Assembly (NCBI GenBank): GCA_016933955.1
Contig: JAFGTT010000030.1
Span: 21,362-85,361, forward strand
DNA from: Candidatus Zixiibacteriota bacterium
GTDB taxonomy: Bacteria > Zixibacteria > MSB-5A5 > GN15 > PGXB01
Direction: 5' to 3'
Length of the DNA stretch: 64,000 bases
Shown here: positions 56,707 to 64,000 of the stretch, piece after piece
Position numbering within the stretch: position 1 is the first letter of the stretch
Layout of the letters: each line of letters begins with the position of its first letter
Notes under the pieces: model-generated
Database searches by the model: none
What the model was told of the DNA's origin: nothing
Seen by the model: the letters and a program-made list of their open reading frames with translations, nothing else
Translations under genes and position numbers: made by a program

Positions 56707-59700
56707 CTATTTAATCAACATCATCTTTTTGGTCTCAACGAATTCACTCGCCTTAATCCGGTACAGGTAAATACCGCTGGACTGATTGGAAGCATCCCAT
56801 CTGACCGTATGCACGCCGGCTTCCAGCGCCTCATCAACCAGAGTAGCCACTCTCTGGCCGAGAACGTTGTAAACCTCAAGATTAACATTACCGGCCGACG
56901 GCAAGCTGAATTGGATTGTAGTGGTCGGGTTGAACGGGTTGGGATAGTTCTGTGACAGAGCGAATTCCTCCGGAATCAATGTTCCCGCCTTGGCCGCCGC
57001 ACCGCTGCCACTTGCACCCATACCGCGGAATTCGATGGCATCGATATAGACATCATCGGTATTACTGCTGGCATCGCACATAAAGCGCAAGCGGGCATTG
57101 GTCGGATAGGTATACTGGCTCTTGGGGATAGTAACAGTCACGTGATAGAAAGTGTTGTTTGAGAAATCCGTCCCGCTGGCAAAAGAAGCAACCGTTTGCC
57201 AGGTCGAGCCGTTATAATACTGTACCCAGAAGTCCTCATTATATTCCATACCAACGGCGACAAAATAAAAGTCAACTTCCAGATCGGAATAACCGGAAAC
57301 ATTGTAGCCGGTAGTATGGTAGAACGATGAGGCTGTTCCGCTGTTGTCCTGGATATCGGCCGCGCAGGAACCCTGGTAGGCATATGTACCGTAGGTATAG
57401 CGCGACATATCGCCGCCACCGTCGGTATAGTTACCCATACCGCTCTCGAAATCATCATAGGTGATAACCACCCAGTCGCCGGTCTCACTGACCACGATAT
57501 AATCGGTCTTGGTTTCGGTGTCGGAACCAAAGGCATTGGTAGCCGTCAGGGATACCGTGTAAGTGCCGGGATCGGTGTAGGTATGGGATGGATTCTGGGA
57601 GGTTGAGGTGCCGCCGTCACCGAAGGCCCAACTCCATGAAGTCGGATTGTTGGTCGAAAGGTCGGTGAAGGTTACCGCCAGAGGTGCCACCCCCAAAGTC
57701 GGGTCGGCGGAGAAATCGGCCACCGGCGGAATATCATAGGATACGACACTGATATCATCGAAAGCAAAACCGTCGGAGCTGATCGGATAATTATCATACT
57801 GCTGGAACTTGACGACAAAAGCTCCGGTCAGACTCAAACCGGCCGAGGAGGCCAGTTCATCGACACTCAATACTATCTGTTGATAAGTAGTGGAACCGTT
57901 GGCCAGGCTGTACACCTTGGTAAAGGTGGACCCGCCGTCATCGGAGAAGAAAACGCCGTCCTGCGTATGAGTTTCATCGCCGAATTCTTTCCACCAGAAG
58001 GTCAGATCGACATCGCCCTTGCCGGCCAGATTAAGATGCAGCCAGGCTTCACATTGGCTGTAGCTGCCGGAAGTGCTATTGTCCATGGTCATATGATATG
58101 ATCCGGTATGCGGGGTGTACGATGTCGTAATCCGGATACGGCCTTGATTGGTAGTGGCTGTTGTCCAGTACTGATCAAAGGCACCGGTTTCAAATCCGGT
58201 CGAATAAGGCAGATTGGCATAATCGCCGGTCGGTTCGGTAACGATTATATAGCCGGTTTTGGTTTCGGTATCCGATCCGCAACTGTTGGCAACCGTCAGG
58301 GCGACCGTATAAGTCCCCTCGGCCGTGTAAGTGTGAGAAGGATTCTGGGAAGTCGAGGTGCCGCCATCGCCGAAATCCCAGCTCCATGAAGTGGCATTGG
58401 TCGATTGGTCGGTGAAGCTGACCGTCAGAGGATAATCACCCGAGGTCGGGCTACCCGTGAAGGCCGCTACCGGCGCGGTGCAGGTGACAGTGATATAGCC
58501 GGTCTTGGTTTCGGAATCTGATCCGCAGCTGTTGGTCACGGTCAGGGCAACGGTATAAGTCCCGGCCGCAGTATAAGTGTGCGACGGATTCTGAGAGGTT
58601 GAAGTGCCGCCATCACCGAAATTCCAGCTCCACGATGTGGCGTTGGTCGATTGATCGGTAAAGGTTACTGCTAAAGGAAGCTCACCTGAAGTGGGACTGC
58701 CCGTGAAAGCGGCCACCGGCGCCGTGCAGGTAACGGTGATATAGCCAGTTTTCGTCTCGCTATCGTTGCCGCAGGTATTGGTAGCTGTTAAAACCACGGT
58801 ATAAGTCCCGGCCGCGGTATAAGTATGGGATGGATTGGTCGCGGTTGAGGTGCCTCCATCACCGAATGTCCAGCTATATGATGTCGCTCCCGCGGAGCTA
58901 TTGGTAAAGGTTACTGCCAGGGGGACTTCTCCTGAAGTCGGACTGCCGCTGAATCCGGCCGTAGGAGCAACCAGTACCGTAATATAGCTGGTCTTGGTTT
59001 CAGTATCGCTTCCATAAGCGTTGGTGGCCGTTAAAGATACCGTATACGTCCCGGCCGCGGTATAAGTATGAGACGGATTCTGGGCTGTCGAGGTTCCGCC
59101 GTCACCAAATGTCCAGCTCCAGCCGGTTGGCGTATTGGTCGATTGATCGGTGAAATTGACCGTCAGATTGGCACATCCCGATGTTGTCGATGCAGTGAAA
59201 GCCGCGACCGGAGCAGCGCCGCCGGAAACGGCACTGACCGAGGCATAGGCATCGAGTAAACCGTAACCAAAGTACTGATCCCAGCCGGAAGTGCCGATAT
59301 CGACGACATTATTCACCAGGTAACTCTTAACCTGAGCCGGGGTCAGAGAAGAACCGCCGCCAGCCTTGGACAGGATCAGGGCCGCTACGCCGGCCACGTG
59401 AGGACAAGCCATCGATGTGCCCTGGTAGAAATAATATCCGAAACTGGAATAGTTGGAGCCGTCGTGAGTCTGTTGCAGAACACCATCGACATAACCGTCG
59501 CCGTCCTGATCAATGGTAACATCGCCGCCCGGGGCGCAAAGGTCAATATTGGAGCCATAGGATGAATAATAAGCCAGAGTACTGTCGAACCTGACCGCCG
59601 AAACGGAAATACAGGTTGAGTAAGAAGCCGGGTACTGCGGAGTACTGCTGGCCGAATTACCCGCCGCACAGACAATGGTCACGCCGGCGTTATAAGCATA

Positions 59701-60504
59701 GGTGCAGGCATTCTGAAGAGTCGACGTGGTCGATGATCCGCCCAGACTCATATTGATGACATGAGCGCCGTTGTCCGCGGCATAGTAAATACCGTCGGCG
59801 ATATCGGTCAGATAGCCATTACCATCTGCGTCGAGGACCTTGACGGGCATGATACTGCAATTGAAAGCCACACCGGTGACACCCAGGCTGTTGTTAGTGG
59901 TTTGGGCGATGGTTCCGGCCACATGCGTTCCGTGACCGTTGTCATCGTTGGGGTGCGAGTCGCCGTTGGCAAAATCATAACCCTGAACGAAATTGGTCCC
60001 GGCCAGATCCGGAGCCTGCGCGAATGACCCGTAGTTCTCATAGGCCACGCCGCAATCAATGACGGCGACAACAACACCCGATCCGGTGCTGAGATCCCAG
60101 GCCTGACCCATATTGATCATCGGCATATGCCACTGATAAGAATAATAAGGATCATTCGGGGTCATCAAAGCATGAAAGATATAATTCGGTTCGGCATAAA
60201 GAACGTCAGGATCCTTTTGAAGTTCTTCAACCATCTCCTCCACTTTTTTCGACTCCGGCAGCTTGACTCTCATATAACCACCGCGAGGATTGGTGGAAAT
60301 TTCGGAAGTGCCGTATTTCGAGTGGAAATCGCTCACAGCCTTGGCCTGAACGTCGGATTTGAATTTAACAACGACTTCGCCGGGAGCATATTCGGCGGTA
60401 TTAAGGCTGTTATCGATTTTTTTGATTTTAAAATCCTGATTGGCAAAAGAAGCACCGGCTAAGATGACTAAAGATAAGAACATGATTAAAATTCTTACCC
60501 TCAT
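56707..60504 (-). CDS. Secreted subtilisin-family (S8) serine peptidase with five PKD domains and a type IX secretion system C-terminal sorting domain
   Basis: Signal peptide, I9-like propeptide. S8 triad motifs (AVIDCGV, HGTHVAGTIAQ, GTSMACPHVAGVAALIL). Five ~85 aa PKD repeats (WSWxFGDGGTSTxxNPSHTYTxxGTYTV). C-terminal PNPFNPTTTIQFSLP ... GIYLYRIKA, which is a T9SS CTD. Confidence 0.85.
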   Translation of the reverse strand: MRVRILIMFLSLVILAGASFANQDFKIKKIDNSLNTAEYAPGEVVVKFKSDVQAKAVSDFHSKYGTSEISTNPRGGYMRVKLPESKKVEEMVEELQKDPDVLYAEPNYIFHALMTPNDPYYSYQWHMPMINMGQAWDLSTGSGVVVAVIDCGVAYENYGSFAQAPDLAGTNFVQGYDFANGDSHPNDDNGHGTHVAGTIAQTTNNSLGVTGVAFNCSIMPVKVLDADGNGYLTDIADGIYYAADNGAHVINMSLGGSSTTSTLQNACTYAYNAGVTIVCAAGNSASSTPQYPASYSTCISVSAVRFDSTLAYYSSYGSNIDLCAPGGDVTIDQDGDGYVDGVLQQTHDGSNYSSFGYYFYQGTSMACPHVAGVAALILSKAGGGSSLTPAQVKSYLVNNVVDIGTSGWDQYFGYGLLDAYASVSAVSGGAAPVAAFTASTTSGCANLTVNFTDQSTNTPTGWSWTFGDGGTSTAQNPSHTYTAAGTYTVSLTATNAYGSDTETKTSYITVLVAPTAGFSGSPTSGEVPLAVTFTNSSAGATSYSWTFGDGGTSTATNPSHTYTAAGTYTVVLTATNTCGNDSETKTGYITVTCTAPVAAFTGSPTSGELPLAVTFTDQSTNATSWSWNFGDGGTSTSQNPSHTYTAAGTYTVALTVTNSCGSDSETKTGYITVTCTAPVAAFTGSPTSGDYPLTVSFTDQSTNATSWSWDFGDGGTSTSQNPSHTYTAEGTYTVALTVANSCGSDTETKTGYIIVTEPTGDYANLPYSTGFETGAFDQYWTTATTNQGRIRITTSYTPHTGSYHMTMDNSTSGSYSQCEAWLHLNLAGKGDVDLTFWWKEFGDETHTQDGVFFSDDGGSTFTKVYSLANGSTTYQQIVLSVDELASSAGLSLTGAFVVKFQQYDNYPISSDGFAFDDISVVSYDIPPVADFSADPTLGVAPLAVTFTDLSTNNPTSWSWAFGDGGTSTSQNPSHTYTDPGTYTVSLTATNAFGSDTETKTDYIVVSETGDWVVITYDDFESGMGNYTDGGGDMSRYTYGTYAYQGSCAADIQDNSGTASSFYHTTGYNVSGYSDLEVDFYFVAVGMEYNEDFWVQYYNGSTWQTVASFASGTDFSNNTFYHVTVTIPKSQYTYPTNARLRFMCDASSNTDDVYIDAIEFRGMGASGSGAAAKAGTLIPEEFALSQNYPNPFNPTTTIQFSLPSAGNVNLEVYNVLGQRVATLVDEALEAGVHTVRWDASNQSSGIYLYRIKASEFVETKKMMLIK
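58190..59215 (-). repeat. Intragenic tandem repeats (4 x ~260 bp) encoding near-identical PKD domains; a fifth diverged copy lies near 57470-57715
   Basis: The protein repeats 3 and 4 differ at only a handful of residues. The ORF-track overlapping frames (58108..58389, 59068..59259) also repeat. Confidence 0.5.
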
Positions 60505-60859
60505 AATTACCTCCAGGCAATAAAGTTAGTTTTACTGATGGCGGTTAACTATTCTTGAATTTGTAAATAAGCATACCTCCTTTTTGGCTAAGTTGAGAAA
60601 TAATGTTTATCACAATTTAACCGGTGATGATTAGCAGGCATCATCACAAGTAAAGAAGTCGCTTCCCGGTGTCGGTTATAATCTATAATTATATTTAATT
60701 TGAATTATTCTGTCAACCAAAAAGTAATCTATGATACAAAATGAAACATTAAAAATGTTTTCAGCACTAATAATTGGCATGAATTATGTTATAGTTTCAT
60801 ATCCCCCCGCAGTGTCATTTCTTATTTGTCTGATGGATTTTTTGTTATATTCCACCAAA

Positions 60860-61327
60860 TCAATTGAGTCGCCAGAGAGTGAAATTCAATATGGTGGCAA
60901 ATGATACCCAGGTAAAATAGGGAAGCATGATGATTCCCGCCGGGCGCGATATCCTCCAAAAGTACATTGCAGTCAGAATGATTAGTATCACAAGGAAAAT
61001 AATATCCAGCAGGGCTATCCCGATAAGATGACGGCCGAAAAATAACCATGACCACACGCCGTTGAAAATTAATTGTGCGAGAAACAGGATCAGAGCGGTT
61101 TTTGCTCCGCTAAATCCGGTTTTTCGCCAGACCAGCCAGGCGGCAATGGCCATAGCCGTATAAAGAATGGTCCAGACGGGGGCGAAAAGACTTTTGGGCG
61201 GAGTCCAGTCCGGCTTGGCAAGGCCGGCGTACCACTCGCCCGGCATGAATTGCGAACCGAACCAGGCGACGGCAAAACACGAGGCAATCCAGCCGACCAG
61301 TCCGATAATCTGATGTACAGCGCGCAT
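60860..61327 (-). CDS. tspO: TspO/MBR tryptophan-rich sensory protein
   Basis: 155 aa, five TM helices. Trp-rich motifs (PDWTPPKSLFAPVWTILY, AWLVW, VWSWLFF). Confidence 0.8.
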   Translation of the reverse strand: MRAVHQIIGLVGWIASCFAVAWFGSQFMPGEWYAGLAKPDWTPPKSLFAPVWTILYTAMAIAAWLVWRKTGFSGAKTALILFLAQLIFNGVWSWLFFGRHLIGIALLDIIFLVILIILTAMYFWRISRPAGIIMLPYFTWVSFATILNFTLWRLN

Positions 61328-61359
61328 AATAAGCTCCGGGTATATTATTTTTTAGAAAC

Positions 61360-62580
61360 TCATAACTCGCAAATTGATTTACCCGCGACAAGATGGTGAA
61401 CGGTTATTTCTGAGCGAGCTCCAATCCGGATTTGCGGTCCCCAATATCCCGTGCCGCGGCTGATATAAATCAGTGTCCCCTCATGACGGTGCATTCCGGA
61501 AATATATGGCTGTGCCAGGGCGGCCAGGAAATGATACGGGAAATACTGCCCTCCGTGGGTATGCCCGGAAATGACATAATCATAGCCGGCCCGCGCCGCC
61601 TCGAAAATATTTTTTGGCTGATGGGCCAGGAGAATACGCGGCAGACCCTCGGGTGCTCCCGCCAATGCCCGATGCGGATCGGATTTATGATCCGGCAGGA
61701 ATTCTCCGCCGCTGTAATCGGTTACCCCGGCCAGAATCAGTTTGTGACCATCTCGTTCCAGTACCCGATGCTCATTGAGAAGTATGTCGAACCCGAGTTT
61801 TTTGATTTCCGCAAGCCACGGCAATACCCCGGAATAGTATTCGTGATTACCGGTGATAAAATACCGGCCGTAAGGTGCCTTCAGGTCGGCCAGCGGCGCC
61901 ACATCACCCCTCAGCCGCGGAACCGAACCATCAACCAGGTCCCCGGTCAGAGCCACCAGATCGGGCTTCAGATCGTTGACCATATCAACCACCATCCGGA
62001 CAAACGGTTCTTTGATCGTACTGCTGACATGGATATCGGTTATCTGGACAATTCTGAAACCCTCAAAGACCGGAGGCAGATTTCTTATGGGTATGGTCAG
62101 ATCGACGATTTTCGGGCGGCGGAGAGCCTCGAACAGCCCGTATCCGGTCATAGCCCCGGCCGTGACCGCCAGCCCGAGATTGATCGTGTTAATAAGCAGA
62201 TGCCGCCGCTCCGGATCGGCCAGTTCTGTTGCAGACGGAGATGATGTTGGATGAATCAGTTGAGCAGTCACCGGGATCAGTTTTTGAAGACCGATTCCAA
62301 TTAGAAGAACCACATCCCGGACAACCAGGAAAGCGAACAGCAAGGTCAGAAAACCGAAACTCAGATAGCCGGCCCAGGAAAGGATATCGATCAGGCGGCC
62401 CTCGACCTCGTTATGTTGAAGAATATTGGGCAGGAAGAAGAGGATCAGGAAAATCAGCAACAGACCCCACAGGAGTAGATTCACCGGAAGACTGAAGGCG
62501 GCCGGAATAATCAGCCTCCAGCCGATATATCCATACATCAGCGACAAAATCGCGACCGCTATAAAGAAAAACCACATCAT
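61360..62580 (-). CDS. Membrane-anchored calcineurin-like metallophosphoesterase (YkuE-like)
   Basis: N-terminal TM helices. Metallophosphatase motifs ITDIHVS, LTGDLVDG, GNHEY, GHTHGGQ. Confidence 0.75.
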   Translation of the reverse strand: MMWFFFIAVAILSLMYGYIGWRLIIPAAFSLPVNLLLWGLLLIFLILFFLPNILQHNEVEGRLIDILSWAGYLSFGFLTLLFAFLVVRDVVLLIGIGLQKLIPVTAQLIHPTSSPSATELADPERRHLLINTINLGLAVTAGAMTGYGLFEALRRPKIVDLTIPIRNLPPVFEGFRIVQITDIHVSSTIKEPFVRMVVDMVNDLKPDLVALTGDLVDGSVPRLRGDVAPLADLKAPYGRYFITGNHEYYSGVLPWLAEIKKLGFDILLNEHRVLERDGHKLILAGVTDYSGGEFLPDHKSDPHRALAGAPEGLPRILLAHQPKNIFEAARAGYDYVISGHTHGGQYFPYHFLAALAQPYISGMHRHEGTLIYISRGTGYWGPQIRIGARSEITVHHLVAGKSICEL

Positions 62581-62748
62581 ATCAATATCGATATATTACT
62601 ACGCGCCATCACACGGCGGGTTTAACAATATCCATTATATTCGCCTGTTGCCGGAGTTTTCAATCATAATTATCCAATGTCCGATTTTATACCATTAATA
62701 AATATATATTTCTTCCGATAATTCGGGTGAATAAAAGAGGTGATGGCC

Positions 62749-63528
62749 ATGAAAAACAACGGTAAAATGACAAAAATTCTGGTAGTCCATAAAAATCGTC
62801 CGGCATTCGGTGATCTGATGACGGCGGTCGGCGGTCTCGGTTTTGCCGTTATCAAGGCCGAATCCTTAAAACAGGTCTTAAGACAGCTTGAGATTCATCC
62901 CGAAGTCCGGCTGGTGATTTCGGCCCGGGAATTCGTCAATGGTTCCGGTCCGGACCTGGTGATGATTCTTCGCTCCAACCGGCGTTTCCGCAATATGCCC
63001 ATCCTGCTGGCCTGTAGCGACTGGACTCAACAGGATGTAATTCATTGCGCCGGGTTGAACCTTGTCCAGTTGATAAATCTGCCCTGCCCCGAAGAGCTGT
63101 TGAAGGCAAAAATCGAGCAGTTGATGACGGCCGGTCGGCCGCGGGTCCTGGTGGTGGATGATGAGGAGATTATTGCCCAGTCTCTGAAGGATTTCCTGGA
63201 AATGCGCGACTATGATGTTCTTACCGCCGACAGCGGCTACAAGGCACTGGACCTTCTGAATAACAGCAAGGCCGATATTATTATTACCGATGTCAGGATG
63301 CCGGGGATGACCGGTGAGGACCTTCTGACAGCGGTGAAAAACCGGTTTCCCCATATCCCCGTCCTGCTGATGACCGGATACAGCAACATGAATGCGCAGG
63401 AGGCGCAGAAATCCGGGGCCGCCGCCTTTATCTCCAAACCGTTTCGGTACGAGGAATTATCCCGCCTGATCGACAGCACCTTGGACAAATATAAAGCCAC
63501 CAATAACACCCCCGGCCCAACTCCCTGA
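62749..63528 (+). CDS. Stand-alone response regulator with a degenerate N-terminal receiver-like domain and a canonical C-terminal receiver (no output domain)
   Basis: Start placed at the ATG 8 nt after AAGAGGTG. The second REC has DD ... ITDVRMPGMTG ... MTGY ... SKPF. The first REC-like half lacks the acidic pocket and the phospho-Asp. Confidence 0.65.
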   Translation: MKNNGKMTKILVVHKNRPAFGDLMTAVGGLGFAVIKAESLKQVLRQLEIHPEVRLVISAREFVNGSGPDLVMILRSNRRFRNMPILLACSDWTQQDVIHCAGLNLVQLINLPCPEELLKAKIEQLMTAGRPRVLVVDDEEIIAQSLKDFLEMRDYDVLTADSGYKALDLLNNSKADIIITDVRMPGMTGEDLLTAVKNRFPHIPVLLMTGYSNMNAQEAQKSGAAAFISKPFRYEELSRLIDSTLDKYKATNNTPGPTP

Positions 63529-63588
63529 GAATATCAGATACAGGGTCATTATCCGCCAGAATTCGTTTTTGCGGCATTGCATTACAGC

Positions 63589-63792
63589 AAAATGGGTTCG
63601 TTTCATCAGTAAAAAGTTTTTCGATAAAATGGGTTCGTCTTGTGAAGCTGTAATTTTCCTGCAAATGGGTTCGTTTCATCCTTGAGAAGATTTTTTGATG
63701 GGGCGGAACAGATTGAGTAAAATGGCTTCGTTTCCTCAATAAAGGGTTTTTGGTGCAAATGGGTTCGTTTCCTCAGTAAAAAGGTTTTGGCC
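63589..63792. repeat. Array of five imperfect ~37 bp direct repeats (core AAATGGGTTCGTTTCMTC followed by an A5-G-T5-like tract)
   Basis: The core recurs at 63592, 63629, 63665, 63722 (ATGGCTTCG variant) and 63759. The spacing is 37/36/57/37 bp. The repeats are non-coding, and the overlapping ORF-track frames are artefacts of the repeat. Confidence 0.6.
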
Positions 63793-64000
63793 AAATGCCA
63801 TACAACAGCGATGTAATTTTTGATGATACATGGTTTGGGAATACGGGTTTTCATATAAATCGGGGAGGTGGATTAAATAGGGGGCAATTGGTGGCGAAAA
63901 TGGGAGAAATAAAACCGGGGCGGAGGAATTGCCACCCCGGTCTTAATTGCGAAAGGATTGACCTATACGAAAACCAAATCATTGTCTTTATTATTACTGA

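Noticed and set aside
63589-63792. Possible CRISPR array
   Set aside because: Repeats are imperfect. The unit length (~37 bp) leaves essentially no spacer, and there are no cas genes in the window.
63540-63860. Several 60-100 aa ORFs in both strands with recurring ETKPF/ETNPF peptides
   Set aside because: They are translation artefacts of the ~37 bp direct-repeat array, which causes the periodic peptide repeats.

Overview
This 64 kb window looks like chromosomal DNA from a Gram-negative bacterium of the FCB-group type. The protease with a type IX secretion C-terminal sorting domain and the short, Bacteroidetes-style primary sigma factor point that way. It contains about 55 protein genes, one tRNA-Leu(CAG), several intrinsic terminators and consensus-like sigma70 promoters. 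I found no CRISPR array and no transposase or integrase gene.

The window mixes housekeeping operons (panB, a deoxynucleoside kinase, folK and folB; rng, fmt, def and yajC; trkA and trkH; sppA; a PEP synthase / pyruvate phosphate dikinase regulatory protein) with a large respiratory island. The island is a complete Alternative Complex III operon, actABCDEF plus a small trailing gene, on the minus strand. It converges on two tandem plus-strand genes that appear to encode cytochrome bd-like (CydA-family) membrane proteins, each carrying a fused C-terminal monoheme cytochrome c domain. This ACIII plus cyt-c-fused bd-like oxidoreductase pairing is the most unusual candidate system in the window.

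Other loci worth a second look:
- an SPFH (band 7) protein with three C-terminal zinc ribbons, translationally overlapped with a protein built from two internally duplicated zinc-ribbon modules;
- a TolC-like outer-membrane channel with an N-terminal periplasmic-binding-protein-like domain;
- a catalytically degenerate HtrA paralog in tandem with an intact HtrA;
- an ECF sigma factor, a DUF4097 protein and a membrane protein with a bactofilin-like domain, next to a predicted pseudokinase;
- an aminotransferase-fold protein that appears to lack the PLP lysine, inside the folate/pantothenate operon;
- a sensor kinase with an FG-GAP-repeat sensor domain paired with a sigma54 activator;
- an orphan unit of strong promoter, mini-ORF and terminator;
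- a 5-copy ~37 bp direct-repeat array at the window end.

All calls rest on reading motifs by eye; no database searches were run.
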